Source: Eledone cirrhosa
Lineage: Eukaryota
Direction: 5' to 3'
DNA length: 64,000 nucleotides
Assembly: GCA_964016885.1 (NCBI GenBank)
Contig: OZ024743.1
Span: 15,624,001-15,688,000, forward strand
The notes under the pieces were generated by a model that was not told where the DNA came from, did not search any database, and saw nothing but the letters and a program-made list of their open reading frames with translations. Positions within the stretch are counted from its first letter, which is position 1. The number at the start of each line of letters is the position of its first letter. Shown piece by piece: positions 1 through 14,221 of this stretch. The translations under genes and the position numbers were made by a program.

Positions 1-884
1 TGTAGTAGAGAGTGTGATATAGCAGAGTATGTCGTAGATAATTCTGTTATGCCCGTAGCAATGCTTAATGGATGATAGACTATCTTATATGGTTTGCTAA
101 TCATTTGAATAGAAATCAACAATAAATGGTTCCTTCCAAAATGTCTTGCCCATATTAACTGCACTTTTACCGAGGTTGATTGAATTTCATGTGGTTAAGT
201 TATATCAATTTTCTTGCTTCAATTTACAATTATAATTAAAGTATCTATCAAATTTGGAAATGGATACAGGCAAGCAAGTATCTTTATTGGTTTCCTTAAA
301 CTTCTACATATAAATTAAATTAGTGTTTTTGAAGTTCTCATTCCTTATCCTCAGTTCATTCCTCAATGAGTAGAATTCTAATAAAAATTAATCCGTTTAC
401 AACACTTTTTCCTGTTATAATCTATTTAAAGTTACATTCGTCAATAATTATTTCCTTTTATAAGATGGTAAAGAGTTATTTGAGGGACAATTTGGTCGCT
501 ATTTTAGCAAGTCAATTGACCACATATTGTGACCTTTGTTGGCTTAAGAGTACTAAACTAAACAATGCATGTTTAGTGTGAAAAAGGTAGTGCTTTATAA
601 AGTTCTTGAATATTTTTCTCATTATGGGAGCTGGAATTTCTAAAGAGTTATGACTCATCTCTTTCCAATGCGAGAATACCACACTTTATCCTGTTGCTGT
701 TTAGTTTAATGTAAGCTCTGAATAAGACCAATCAACAAAGCTTTTCAAACATGTACATTCTAACTCATTTCAGACAATATATATATAATATACAACTAAG
801 GACATAAATTGTTTTAATTTAAATGTGAAGTACAACCAAAATTAAACTGAAGCCAGCTATGAACATATGCAAAGCTAAACCATA

Positions 885-1138
885 CATCTATTATCAGAAT
901 AAAACATAAGATCCAGACCACTCAAGTACAAGTTAAACCATCCTTCTAACAATGTTTCTACCTCCCAATAAACCAACAGTTGACCTGCACCAATTCTACC
1001 TTCTAAATCAACATTAACATATGTTAAAGTTTGAACAAATGTTTTCCTTCTATTCATCTTTTCCTGCCTAGATTTTCCTGGTACCATATTTATACTTGGA
1101 AATTGTAACCTTTTTAACTGGATACCATTGTCACACAC
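885..1138 (-). other. Candidate host-gene exon, unknown protein (CDNGIQLKRLQFPSINMVPG...LEGWFNLYLSGLDLMFYSDNR)
   Basis: Open frame of ordinary composition within ORF 875-1189; pyrimidine-rich acceptor (ttttctcaacatgctttttgtag) and possible GTATGG donor on the minus strand. No family recognised. Confidence 0.3.
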
Positions 1139-1519
1139 TACAAAAAGCATGTTGAGAAAAATATATATTCGGTAAGCTGTCCTCCACATTTATTTTGTTT
1201 GCACATCATTATCATCATCTTTCTCTCCCACTGAAACTAAGCTGTCATCCACATACCAAGACACTTTTCAAATACATTTGCCTTGAAAGAATGGAGAGGT
1301 GCAATGATAAATGCACTCAGTAAATCTCTAAACTGGTTGGCATCCATTCATAGAATCCATGTTACCATACATGTGTGACTTTGTCCACCAATCTGCCTAA
1401 GACAACAGTAACTCAAAAAAGATTGAATTTGAGTGTAACATCCAAGCCAACTTATACCTGCAATCGAAAAAGGATAGAGTAAAAAAATGATGATGTTTTA
1501 TATATATATATATTCAGCT

Positions 1520-1640
1520 AGTATACAGGAGCAAAGTGAAATGAAGTGTTTTGCTCAAGAACACAACATGCAACTCAGCCCAGGTATTGAACCCAAGTCA
1601 TTATGATCATAAGTCCAGCACCCTTACCACTAGGCCATGC
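1520..1640 (-). mobile_element. Degenerate tRNA-derived CORE-type SINE
   Basis: Minus strand reads tggcctagtggtaagg (A box), gggttcaatacc (B box), tcttgagcaaaacacttcatttcac (CORE-like); homologous to 22135-22280. Confidence 0.7.
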
Positions 1641-3489
1641 AGCTAAACATGTCAAATACTGTGTTGATTTTAATCAACTTTTCCTTTCCATACATTTGCT
1701 AGCCTTGTGCCTAATTTAGAAGTCAATATCAATAATAAAACAATGGAAAAGACACCCAGTAATTAAAATTGAACATAGAAATTTTAAATAAACACAGGAA
1801 TAACAAATTCATCAATGCAGGTTCATTAAGCTGATATAGCAGAACTATGATCAAATCATGATCATGTTATCTGTGTGTATATTTAGGAGTACATTTTTCA
1901 GTTTGTCTGATGAATGGATGTTATCCTGAAATTGGAGACCTGAGTTATTTCAGACATAGTGATTTATCAAAATTTAACAGAATTGATGAGCCTAACAGTG
2001 AAATATATTTCACTGTTAGTACTAATTATAACACCTTTCAAACAGGTTGACATCATCATCATCTGCAACAGTTTTATGTGCATATTTCCTGATACCTGCT
2101 AGAAATAGGTGTCAAACTGACTGAAATTATATACCATAATCATAATAAAGAAAGAACATAATGTAAAATATAATCCTAGATAGAGAGAAATGATTATATA
2201 TTCACAGCTGGAATACTATTTATTTTCGTATTTACAGTACTTGTTAGAATGTGTTTATCTGAACAAACAATAGAAGAATAATGAAGAACAATGAGCCAAC
2301 AAAGGTGTCTCTATGTTATTATTTAAATTGTTTGAAATATCAGCTAAATCACAATATACCAGCATAAAAATGGAAAAGACACATTGGAAAGTATATTCTC
2401 TAATAAACAAAATACAGGATGGTTATGGTGAGAATGCATTTTATTAAATGATTGCTCAATTAGTGCTGATTTTGGGTTCAACAAGAGTGTTTAACCTTCT
2501 TTCACACAAACAATGTTAGTGTTAAAAGTCAATTGGGGTCTTCTAAAGTAAGCATTTAATTGTTAGTTATCATATGGAGAGCTTTTAATGAAATGTATCT
2601 TGGATATATCTAGTGGTGAAATGATAGTTTAAATTCCATTTCTATCTTTCACATATTTTTTGAAGAATCGTTGCATTGCTTCAGCAGAAAGTATGTCACC
2701 AAGAAAAAGTATCTCTAAGATATATTTATACATACACACGAACAATTAACAATATAAATGAAGTTTCAATTAAGATATTCCTATTTTATGTATATCTATT
2801 TAGTGTCTCATTCTCTGACCGGGATGTAAGCAGATGAATAAAATCTTATTTTTCTATTTTATGTATGTCCTGTGTATGTATGTGAATATATTTGGTAATA
2901 TAAAAACTGTAAAGATAGAAAGTATTCAATTGATGAGATTTACTTTGTAAATGATCAGCAAGTAAATTTCAAACTTTTCAGGTATAACATTTACTAGTTC
3001 AAATTCAAATGGAGTTAGCATCAACAAATTAAAAAGAAAGACAAAAACAAAAAAAAAAAACAACTGAATCAAATAAGACTTGTGTTAGCCTGCATTGGCA
3101 AATACATTAAAGATCAGAATTTTGGAGGAAATGTTTGACAAATAGGTTATATGATAAATTTAAAATATAAATAGATATATAAAAAAGCTAAATAAATTCC
3201 CAGTTTTAAATCAGTAATATAACTAAATATGTCAGGCAGTAACTATTCTAAGAAAGAATTTCTATATACCTGAATATATAAATTACATTGTGAAGAAGGG
3301 GATTGAAAATTTCAGGGCTCACAAAGACCTATGTATCAGAGGAAAAGAATCAAATTTGTCTAACAGCTATACTAAAGAAACAAAAAGGGAGAAATATCAC
3401 CCAAACTGATTAAAATAACGCTATTTTTTTTTTAGTTAAGTGCCATTCTGACTTAAGTACTTTTTGATATGATATATCTAGCCAAATTT

Positions 3490-3650
3490 TGAGTTAATAT
3501 AGTACAAGCCAGAGCAAACCTAATTTTGTTTTGATGTAAAGCAAACCTTGTTTTGATCTAATATAAAACAACCCTCGTTTTGATTTAATATAAAGCGAAC
3601 CTCGTTTTGATTTAATGTAATGCAAGCCACTTTCTGAGTAAATATAACAC
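3490..3650. repeat. Minisatellite, ~27-bp unit (aaagcaaacctcgttttgatttaatat)
   Basis: gttttga recurs at 3550, 3577 and 3604, with degenerate flanking copies. Confidence 0.75.
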
Positions 3651-4218
3651 AGCACATTTTAATCATTGTAGTTAATATTGCGTTGCTTAGTTGCATTTAA
3701 GTGAATGTATAAATTCTGTTAGTGTTTAATGCACCTGTGCGTGATTAACATAACTTGTTAATGTACACGTGAAAGAACATTTTACTCAAAATATTAACAA
3801 AAACTATGATGACAATAGTAACTATTTTATTTTGTTTTCCTTAATCTAATTAAAACACAGATATTTCCATCCTCTGAAAATAAAAATCTAGAACATGAAA
3901 ATAATGATATATATACATACATACACATACGTATATATACATATAAATACATACACACACACACATATAGATATAGATATACATACATCCTATCACCAAT
4001 GCATATCTCTCCTTACAAATGCCATGATTAACAAAGAAGTTTCTACTTTCCCTTGTTTTTGTTATTTTTCTTATATTCCAACTCTCTATGGTCTGATGTA
4101 GGGCATAGCCCAACATATTATAAACATATTTTATCTCTTATCACCTGAGTGTTAACATTTTCAATTTTGACTATCTTCCAGGATTTTTTGGCATTCTGTT
4201 ACATTCATTCACTATATG

Positions 4219-4277
<59 letters not shown>

Positions 4278-4282
<5 letters not shown>

Positions 4283-4346
4283 CGAAACATAAGTCAATTG
4301 CATGAACTCATAATCCTTTATTTACTGCTATATATATTTCGATGAT
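4278..4346 (-). mobile_element. Truncated PLE-type terminal fragment in a (TA)n tract
   Basis: Matches 50067-50134 (gtgacgaaacataagtcaattgc...tatttcgatgat) and keeps only the 3' half of that hammerhead. Confidence 0.7.
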
Positions 4347-4929
4347 ATATATATATATTAAGGTGCACGTCCATTGCATCTCTAGACAGTATGCTGAATG
4401 AGCACTTGATGCTCTTGGGGAGCAGAGTCTACATGTTAAAACATACCCGAGGAGCTTCGATTCCAGAGTCAGGTTCGATCATTAATAGATCATTCCTCGA
4501 GCTGATATTTAGTGAAACATATGTAATGTATAATTAAATATGTATATGTTGCAACTCTGATTCTTTCTTCCCTTATATATTAATACATATTAATACATAT
4601 ATATATATACTTACATATGGTGGCTGCCAACTCATTTTCGAGTACGGCCACTACTTTATATCCATGTAAGAGAACCCCGAGTGTGACTTGTTAGTCCAGC
4701 CAGTGACTTGAAAACTCTGGTACAAACACTACACTTGTGACAATTATTGACACATAGTGCTGGGCCCATGGTACAATGTGACGACAAGTGCAGAGAGATC
4801 TCCAGATATAAAGCAATGCCTGTGTCGTGAAGCTTTTATAGTGAGCAAAGGCACTGCATAAAGCCAGTCCCACTCTCTTAACCAAGATGATATTTACCAA
4901 AAAGAAGAACAAATCAACATCATTGGATA

Positions 4930-5145
4930 CCATCAGGGTTGCAGGTGTTATATCAGAGTTTTCCTTCTCCTAGAATTCTGCCTTGACAAAGGCTAAGGGG
5001 TCATCTCTCCCGGTGATTTTGGATGGCCATTGACTCTTAAGAGCTCCTTTGCCCTTTGACAGGTTTTGTTTTTAGTCCTGCAGGATGTCCAAAGTCACCC
5101 TCCTCACCAAGAAACCTTGGTGGGGGTGCCAGTTTAGTCGCCAAC
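4930..5145 (-). mobile_element. Probable RTE-type LINE 5'-region remnant
   Basis: Minus-strand motif ctaggagaaggaaaactctga, recalled as typical of RTE 5' regions; no ORF. Confidence 0.35.
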
Positions 5146-6021
5146 AAACCCTAATTTGCTTGTGTATGGCTTGCATTGTGATACCTGTCTATATGCTTGT
5201 GGAGCACCCATGGACTATGTAATTCAGGTACCTACAAATATATCTTGCATATGTCTACCATGGCGGGGATTCTGATTACTGTGGTCTTTCTGGATGTACC
5301 GTAATAACCTCTTAGTGCTTATATAACTATAAGTTACGGAGATCCTATTCACTCACTTTATTAGTGACCAGCGCTTAATTTCCTCTGGCTTCTTTATGTG
5401 CTTAAAACATGTTTCTTCTTTCTTTAAAAAAAATTTTTTTTAAACATTTCTTACCTTTTTATTTACTTTTATCTTTTTATCTATGTATATTATCTTCCTT
5501 TTATTTTCTATTTTTTTTATTTTTTATTATTTTTTTTATTTTTATTATTTTTTTATATTTTTATTATTTTATTATTATTATATTTTTTATTATGTTTTAA
5601 CCATTGCTTGTATTTTTTGTATTTTTTGCTTTTGTGTGCCATCAATTGTATGTGAAATCTGCTTGTGCCTAAACTTTTAGCTGTGGTGCTTAACAACCCC
5701 AACATGTACCCCCTCCTTGTTTGCCATCTCCGATCTCCCTATATTTAGCCTCTATTGCATTCCGATTGTTCGTGTGACTAAGCTCGGTGGAGCTTATACT
5801 CAGTACTGAGTTTATTAAGCTCTGAGGATTCCTACCAAACGGTATGGATGAAATATTGTAAGCAAATAAAAACTCTTTGAGTATGTAAGCGTCCTTTGGT
5901 TTCTTTTGCATATAACGGCTCTGCTCCTGTACATTGAGCTAACAAAATACGGTGCATGTGTGTTTATGCACATATGCTCCATGCTATACGTAAATAAATA
6001 TATACATATATATATACATTC

Positions 6022-6052
<31 letters not shown>

Positions 6053-6619
6053 CATTATATGCTTTCATTATACCATTCTGCTTACATTACATATATTGTT
6101 TGTATTCTATTGCAATTGATAATTTTGCTATATTTTTGCTATAATATTTTGCTATAATATTTTGCTATAATATTTTTGCTATAATATTTTGCTATAATCC
6201 ATAACCATGGCAATTTATGTATTTATGGATTTATGTATTAATACCTTTCATATCCATATCTATAACCTATACCTCCTATTATTTATATTATACATTTATT
6301 ATAAATTTTCATTACAATTTATATCTCTGTTCAATTTTAAACTCTTGCTCCATAATATATTGATTTTAATACTTATACTTATTCTTCTCACCTGTAATGT
6401 ATTCTCATAATTGTTCAAGTGAAAAGGATTATATTTGTTTTAACCTGGATGAAACGATTGTAAGCTATTAAATGTTTTAAACACCATTTGATGGTAATTT
6501 ATGTTGTATATATATATAGTCGAAACGGCTTGAGGTCTGCCATCGGGGTTAAACATTTTCCTATTATCCACTCTACTACCCTATGTATTGAGTACTGGTT
6601 CCATACCACACCTCCTTCG

Positions 6620-6660
<41 letters not shown>

Positions 6661-6698
6661 ATATTAATAAATGGAAACTATATTGATAAAACCATAAT

Positions 6699-6764
6699 TA
6701 TTTTATTATATATATTTCAAGGGCAACCAAGGTAAATTATGGTGCGCTTTCATCAGATAAAATA
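6699..6764 (-). ncRNA. Minimal type-I hammerhead ribozyme motif
   Basis: Minus strand: tattttat-CTGATGA-stem II (gcacca/tggttgc)-GAAA-tatata-TA-ataaaata; 8-bp stem I and palindromic minimal stem III. Confidence 0.75.
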
Positions 6765-6904
6765 CAGATTTGTTTTATAAATAAATATTGACATACCCGG
6801 AAAAAAGACAACCTTAACGGTTGAAATACGCTGGATACCGAATTTCAAACGTTGAGGTTGTCTTTTTTCCGGGTATGTCAATATTTATTTATGAAACAAA
6901 TCTG

Positions 6905-6970
6905 TATTTTATCTGATGAAAGCGCACCATAATTTACCTTGGTTGCTCTTGAAATATATCTAATAAAATA
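6905..6970 (+). ncRNA. Minimal type-I hammerhead ribozyme motif
   Basis: tattttat CTGATGA aagcgcacca-taatttacct-tggttgctctt GAAA tatatc TA ataaaata. Confidence 0.72.
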
Positions 6971-7103
6971 ATTATGGTTTTATAAATATAGTTTCCATTT
7001 ATTAATATATTGTATATTTATTCCACTAAACTGTTGAGTACTTTATATCAGTTAAAAAAAAATGTTTAAGCTTGTTGAATCCCAACAAATTAAATATAAA
7101 CTC

Positions 7104-7153
<50 letters not shown>

Positions 7154-7165
7154 TATATATATATA

Positions 7166-7305
7166 CATCATCATCATCATCACCGTTTTGCGTCCGTTCT
7201 TCCACGGTAGCATGGATTAGACGGGTTTTCCTGTTGTGGGCAATGTCCGGTCGGCTGACCATGCCTTGCTCATACGGTAACTGATTCTGGCTTGATTTCT
7301 GGCCT
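7166..7305 (-). mobile_element. RTE LINE 3'-end fragment with (ATG)n tail
   Basis: Homologous to 28960-29100; (CAT)n on the plus strand; embedded in (TA)n. Confidence 0.8.
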
Positions 7306-7344
7306 TCCTATATATATATTTACATATATATACATATATATATA

Positions 7345-7417
<73 letters not shown>

Positions 7418-7673
7418 ATATATATATATTAGTGCGGCGTCTAGCTCATCAAGAGTACTTAAGCTTAGTACGATCATTTTACAAAATTTAATACATATAC
7501 ATTACTGACATCATAAAGTTCAATAGAGTAATTCAAGTATGTAACAATATTCTAATCTAACTACAATTGAAGAAATATTTGTGTGTGTGTGCTGCAGTTA
7601 GTTGACAACTAGCTAGTTTATGAAGTCAAACTCAATTTTTTCCACTTTTCAGAAGAATTTTTTAAAATAATAT

Positions 7674-7842
7674 AATTGTTTCTACTTTTGGCACAAGGCC
7701 ACCAATTATCCCAGTGTATTACTGGTACTTTATTTTATCGACTCCGTAAGGATGAAAGACAAAGTTAACCTCGGCGGGATTTGAACTCAGACCATAAAGG
7801 TCTGCAAAGCATGGTGTTCGACCCTCTACCGATACTGCCAAT
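7674..7842 (-). mobile_element. tRNA-derived SINE with Deu/Nin-like central domain
   Basis: Minus strand: tggcagtatcggtag (A box), gagttcaaatccc (B box), then gccgaggttaactttgtctttcatccttacggagtcgataaaataaagtacc; repeated at 21443 and 23793. Confidence 0.75.
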
Positions 7843-8635
7843 AAAATTAATATAATGACCATTCAACTCATATTTAAATCTCTCTTGCATTTAATTGAAA
7901 TGGAAAACGTTTTTTGAAAATGATTTTCAACAATTTATTCAGATATTTTGAATATATTGACTATATTACAGGACCTATAAAGCATAATTAAAATGTATGC
8001 TCCCACCTTAATTTTTTTCCCTATCTTAATAATGCATAATTCGATAACATTTTGCACGTTTATACTCTCATAGGTGTAGATTTTAATTATGTTAATTAAG
8101 GTTACTAAAATTTGCTGAAGCATAAACTTGGAATTTGTTCACTATGTCTTCTGAAAATAATATCAATTAGGATTAACTCATAGATTTCTTACAGGAATCA
8201 TATCATTTCAACAATAAGAAATTTTACAAAACTTTATTTTTATATGGGTGAACTATATCTTTTGAAATGTATCTCTGTAAAATATGTAATATTATAAAAT
8301 CGGGAGGAAACAAAATTGGTTATGAGACGCTATGTCACTTAAGGCATATTTACATTCTAGAAGCAAAAATACATTGCTCTAATTATTTAGTGTGGTAAAG
8401 ATTAATAGAAAAAATACAAGATTTCTTTCATCCTTAATATCAAATGCATTTGTAATGTAAAATCGTGAAAAAATCCAATTCCATTCTGTAAAAATGTGAA
8501 AGTAAAATTCAGAAGAAACTGAGAGCAAAAAGATGAATAAAACATTAAATACGTGAAAATAAATGTAACATATCTGTATGTTAAGTGAAATAACTTTTTT
8601 CCAATTCATAGCTGCTGTTAACTATGTGGCCTAAT

Positions 8636-8750
8636 TAGTAATGATGGAGATTGTGCTGAAATAAGAGTAGGGTGGAAAATTTTCAAGAAGCTGCTTCGTC
8701 TGTTAACATCAAAGGTATTTTCCATCTGAATGAAGGGTACATTGTATGTT
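8636..8750 (+). mobile_element. Decayed RTE RT C-terminal fragment
   Basis: Translates to RVGWKIFKKLLRLLTSKVFSI*MKGTLY, matching RTGWKKFRELIPLLAAKGFSLKMKGRLY in the intact RTE. Confidence 0.7.
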
Positions 8751-9639
8751 ATGATGGTGTTGGTTGTGGTGGTGGTGAATACTGAATATGGCAAAGATGA
8801 TTACATTGACGAAGATAGTGATTCATATGTGTAGTTAACTGTAATATACATTTCATTGACATCTGAAACACAATTTGTGAATGCCAATTGTTGGTTTTAA
8901 AAGTTTTTTCTCCATGCCTGAAATTCACACACATTTTAAAAAGGTTACACATAACCGTATAAATGTTACACATACACATTCCCTCAAGGGTTTGAATTGC
9001 TATATGATCATACTTATTGTTTACTGTTAGTGAGAGCATGGAAAGACCAATTGAATAGATAGCACACTGCCAAAAATGGATTTGGCAGTATTGAGTCAAC
9101 AGAACCTACTTCATAAAAATTGTTTTCATATAAACAATATTTTAAATAGCAAAATGTAATTAAGCTAGCACTTGAGAAGTATAGGCAGAAGATTGTTTGT
9201 TCATTTTTGTGGGCTCACAAACATTACCATGACCTGACATTGGAAACATTATTTCAAAGAGCAAAATGTACTTTGTTCAACATTTTAAGTTGTGAATCTA
9301 TATTTTTAAAAAATAGTGAATAATGGTAATGATAAAGTGAAAGGCATAATGGAAATGAATGTGATTGGAAGAAAAGGCAAGAGAATACCAAGAAAAATAT
9401 AACTAGAGATGATGGGGGATAATATGAAGGATTGCATGTTAGTGTGAGTGATACCGCTACTAGAGTAAAATGAAAAGGCTAACATGGCTCAGTTCTGCTT
9501 TATCAAAAAAAAAATACCTTAAAAAACATGTTGTTTGAATATATATATGTATACATGCATACACATGCATATACATATATACATATAGAGACACATAAAT
9601 ACATACATGAACTTTTTCTGTTCTATACAAAGCTTGACC

Positions 9640-10830
9640 ACTTCTTGCACATTATGTCTGTTCCTTCCTGGCATGAGATCTCAAATGGCTTTTGAGTACT
9701 GAAAGCTTGTGAAAGACCTGTCCACAAATAATACATTGATGCCTCATTTCGTTCTTCTTTTCATATTGGGTTTTCTTTATTGTGTATGTTCCGATGTCAC
9801 TTCAATCTACCACCTGATTCACAAATTCTTTGACAAGCTGATTCTCTGCAACAAAGTTTAGATAGTCATCTTGGACTTTACCATGATGTGCTCGTTGGTG
9901 TGACAACTAGCCAGCATTCGAAAGGCAAACTCCGAAGCTGGATAAGATTCATCATTATTACTGTTGATCTCATTCTTCTGCACTTTTCCTTTCAGTACTG
10001 CATGTTTCACCCTTTCCATTTCAAATACTTTAACTCCTGGCTTCTCTATTTACTGCACATGATTCAAGATTTTTGTAGGATATGTGAAGGCATTTTAAGT
10101 CCGCTTTCAGAGAGTCTCAGTATCTTCTCATTGGCTTATTATATCACCTATTGCCCAGCTTGATTTCACTATAAGACATTTTCTTGGGGATGCATCCATC
10201 ACCCATACAAATCATGTGACCTGTCCATCTTAACTGATTCCTAATAAGCATAGCTTGAGTAGCTGTAACATTTGGCCTAGCAAGAATCTCAGTATCTGGA
10301 ATGAATTTGTGCCAGCTTAGTTACAGTATATGCTACAGGCATTTTTGGTGAAACTACTTCAACATTTTAACATGCTGTCAGTCTCATATGAATACAATAG
10401 TACAGAGGGTACAAATGAAATGTATACTTCAATCATAGTCTCCAATTTATTGTGATGCTGTGACCAGTCTTTAATGCCTAATCCACCAAAGGCTTTTGTT
10501 GCCTTTTACATATGAGATGTAATTTCAGTACCCAATTTTTCTCATCAGCTTGTATCCTATTGCCAAGGTATACCAATGAGGTCATCGTCCTTAGCATTCT
10601 ACCCTCAATAAGAATTTGAGATGCATATGTCTGCTCTTGAGGAGCAGACATATGCATTAAAACAGACTTTTTCTAATTAACTATAAGACCAAACACATCA
10701 CAAGCAGCATCACAGCCACTGATCAGGCCTTGCAATCCCTCTTCAGTGTTACGTATTAGGTCACAGACATCTGCATATAGAAGGCTGAGGATCAAAGTGG
10801 TGAAGACTTTAGAGTTGAATCTCATTCTAG
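9640..10830 (-). mobile_element. Decayed RTE (BovB-like) LINE, RT C-terminal half
   Basis: LLYADVCDL...EEGLQGLISGCDAACDVFGLIVN resembles the BovB-type LLFADDCAL..LQ....ACxxFGLTI motif; many stops; boundaries approximate. Confidence 0.6.
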
Positions 10831-11508
10831 TCAAATTGAACATGCATACATAAATACATGCATACATACACACATACATAGATGCATACTTGGATACATA
10901 CATGCATGTATTCATGTAGGTATGTACATATGTATGCATTTATACATTTTAATCTAGTTTGAAATAAAATAAAACAATCTGTAAGATAAATCTCTAATTA
11001 GAAATTTTGACAGCAAAATCCACACACAATTTCTTTTTCTCTCTTCTCATCACTCATTCTCTTTTATCCCCTCCCCTCTCTCTCCCCACTCTCACACTCT
11101 CCAACCCCTTACTCTCTGCTCTCATGCACATTGTCTTCGTTAGTGTTATGTCATACAAAATTACTAATCGTTGGGTTGTAGTAATGCCTTTCAACATTTT
11201 CTTTCTCTTCTTCAACCCTCTTCGTAATGCTAAAAGCCTTTTGACACATTGTTAGAAGTGAATAGTTTCGACAGTGTCTTCTCAGCTAATGTGATGCTGT
11301 ATGTTTCATATTGCTTTGTAATGTCTTTTTCATTTGATACCCTTACGGCAAATAAAAGAGATTGTTACTGTTATCGCCAACACAACTACCACCACATCAA
11401 CATCATCATTACCACCACCACGATCATCATCATCATCCTCATCATTACTATCATTGATGTTGTTCCTTAGCTCAGGCTTTTAGTCAGTACTCTCATGTGT
11501 GTATATAT

Positions 11509-11545
<37 letters not shown>

Positions 11546-11552
11546 AATATAA

Positions 11553-11595
<43 letters not shown>

Positions 11596-11598
11596 TAA

Positions 11599-11656
<58 letters not shown>

Positions 11657-12454
11657 ATTAACGTTTGAAGTGATGGAAAGGTTTTGCTCTGTATATACAA
11701 TAAAGAGGAAAAGAAGATAGCAAAAACACAAACAAACAGGCAAAAATTAATCAGTAGCAGTAGCTTCCGATTTCAGAACAAAAGATGAGAGCCACAAACT
11801 TGTATATTCTAAAACTAATGAGGTCTGTTATTTTTTCCATTCTGAATACCACAATACTTAGCATCAATCTTATGCACATATACATCTACAAACAGGATAC
11901 ATAAGCATACAACACACTAACAAAGAACACAGTCTCCAGTAGAGCAACAGAACGAATGTTTTCAACCATTTTCAACTGTTATAACATTAAGTCATTCCAA
12001 TAATTAAACCTGTACAGCTTCGAGCTTCATTGAGAAACTTTGATATATATGGGATCGTTAGAATGTTTCATTGTTGCTAAATGTTGTTTATTTGTGTATA
12101 TCTTACATTGAATCATTATAATTTTGTTATATCCTTGATGTATTCTTTTTTTGTTTTCTATATAACATCATTGTTGTTTATTTCTTATGATTGATTTGAT
12201 GTTGTACATAATATTAGGTTTGCTGCATGTTTGGGCATCTATTAAAGAAAAAAATGTTATCAATTTTAGTACGTTTGTTGTAATGCTATTATTTAAATTA
12301 TCTTGTTCTTTTTATATTTCTTCTTTATGCACCAGGCCAATAAATATAATTGATTAATTACTTGTATTTATATTACTGACATTAGAGAATGTGCATTTTG
12401 TGTTAACCTCAGTAAATTTTGAAATCAGAACTTAAAGGAATGAAAATAGTCTCA

Positions 12455-12499
<45 letters not shown>

Positions 12500-12703
12500 C
12501 GTTTCTGAATTTGTTTAGCAAGATTCTTTATCTGAAAACGTGTGCTGAAACCGATATTGTTATACTTTGGGAGGGTCATGTTGCCAATAAGAAACACACA
12601 CACCAGTTGCTTACACTTCAATTTATTATAATAAATTTATAAATTTAGGAATTTATAAATTTCCGGTTTGTTGGTTCCATAACCAGATGATTGTTCATAT
12701 ATT

Positions 12704-12746
12704 GTCAAAGTTATTTCGTCACACATTATGTGACCTCTTCAGTGAC
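12704..12746 (-). ncRNA. PLE hammerhead motif (left arm)
   Basis: Minus strand: gtca CTGAAGA g gtcaca-taatg-tgtgac GAAA taac TT tgac. Confidence 0.72.
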
Positions 12747-13459
12747 TGGGGATTCTTTTCTTCTTTGTTTGTGTGCCTCTCCTTTGTTCTGCTCTACGCC
12801 ATCTTCTTTTTGTGTGTGTTGTGTGCTTAGTTTGCGCATGTGTTACATCCGGGTGTCTGTGTGTGTTTATATTTGTTTATTTATTTGTTTATTTACATGT
12901 TACTGGTTGGTTGTTTGTTCTATGTGCATGTGTGTTTTCATATTGTAAGTTGTGATGTTGCTGTTCCATTCATGTTTTCTATTTAATTTTGGTTGGATTT
13001 CATTTATGTTTATTGCCTCTGTGATTTGTCTAAACATTGCGTCTTTTCTGTGTGTAGATTCTATTTTTATTCCTATGTTCTTTAATTTACCCTTATGTTC
13101 TATTTTAGCATGTTGGTAGAGTACAGATGATTCTTTACTATCTTGAAGCTCTCGCTAGTGTTCATTTATCCGTTCCCCTATACTACGAGCTGTCTCACCT
13201 ATATACACTATATTCTTATCTCTACATTGTCCTTCAGTACATCTTATGCTATATACTACATTTCTAGTTTAATTTACAGATTATACATTTCTTATCTATA
13301 CAGGGATGTCTTTGAAAAGAGTATGTATTGCTAATAGGTGTTTTTATGGAGGTACCTGGTCTTTCTACTATCTTAATATTGAGTTTATGTTTATCTAGGG
13401 CCCTTCTAAATGTGTAAGCTATTTCACCTCTAGGGGTTGTATCGATGGACATTACACTG

Positions 13460-13820
13460 TATAGAAATGAATGTATAATCTGTAAATTAAGCCCCCATAT
13501 TAACTGTAAACCTAGAAATGTAGTATATAGCATAAGATGTACTGAAGGTTAATGTAGAGATAAGAATATAGTGTACATAGGTGAGACAGCTCGTAGTATA
13601 GGGGAACGGATAAATGAACACTGGCGAGAGCTTCAAGATAGTAAAGAATCATTTGTACTCTACCAACATGCTAAATTAGAACATAAGGGTAAATTAGAGA
13701 ACATAGAAATAAAAATAGAATCTACACACAGAAAAGACGCAATGTTTAGCAAATTACAGAGGCAGTAAGCATAAATGAACTCCAACCAAAATTAAATAGA
13801 AAACATGAATGGAACAGCAA
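13460..13820 (+). pseudogene. GIY-YIG endonuclease domain of a PLE (partial, disrupted)
   Basis: CIICKLSPHINCKPRNVVYSIRC...YIGETARSIGERINEHW...LYQHAKLEH; frameshift near the C-terminus. Confidence 0.8.
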
Positions 13821-14041
13821 CATCACAACTTACAATTAAGGACAAAATGAAAACACACACGCACATAGAACAAACAACCAACCAGTAACATGTAAATAAA
13901 CAAATAAATAAACAAATATAAACACACATAGACACCCGGATGTAACACATGCGCAAACTAAGCACACAACACACACAAAAAGAAGATGGCGGAGGACAGA
14001 ACAAAGGAGAGGCGCAAAAACAAACAAGAAAAGAATCCCCA

Positions 14042-14084
14042 GTCACTGAAGAGGTCACAGAATGTGTGACGAAATAACTTTGAC
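14042..14084 (+). ncRNA. PLE hammerhead motif (right arm)
   Basis: gtca CTGAAGA g gtcaca-gaatg-tgtgac GAAA taac TT tgac, about 230 nt past the end of the GIY-YIG coding region. Confidence 0.75.
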
Positions 14085-14221
14085 AATATATGAACAATCA
14101 TCTGGTTATGGAACCAACCAACCAACCGGAAATTTATAAATTTATGAATTTATTATAATAAATTGAAGTGAAACAACTGGTGCGTGTGTTTCTTATTGGC
14201 AACATGACCCTCCCAAAGTAT

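Larger units (their letters stand above)
6655..7106. mobile_element. Palindromic non-autonomous PLE-derived element, copy 1 (arms ~6655-6827 and 6842-7014, ~90-nt tail)
   Basis: ~173-bp near-perfect inverted arms, a hammerhead motif in each arm, (TA)n on both sides; homologous to 28423-28845. Confidence 0.8.

Noticed and set aside
1902-1940. Hammerhead candidate CTGATGA-ggat/atcc-GAAA
   Set aside because: No UH cleavage site in register with a stem I; at best a decayed motif.
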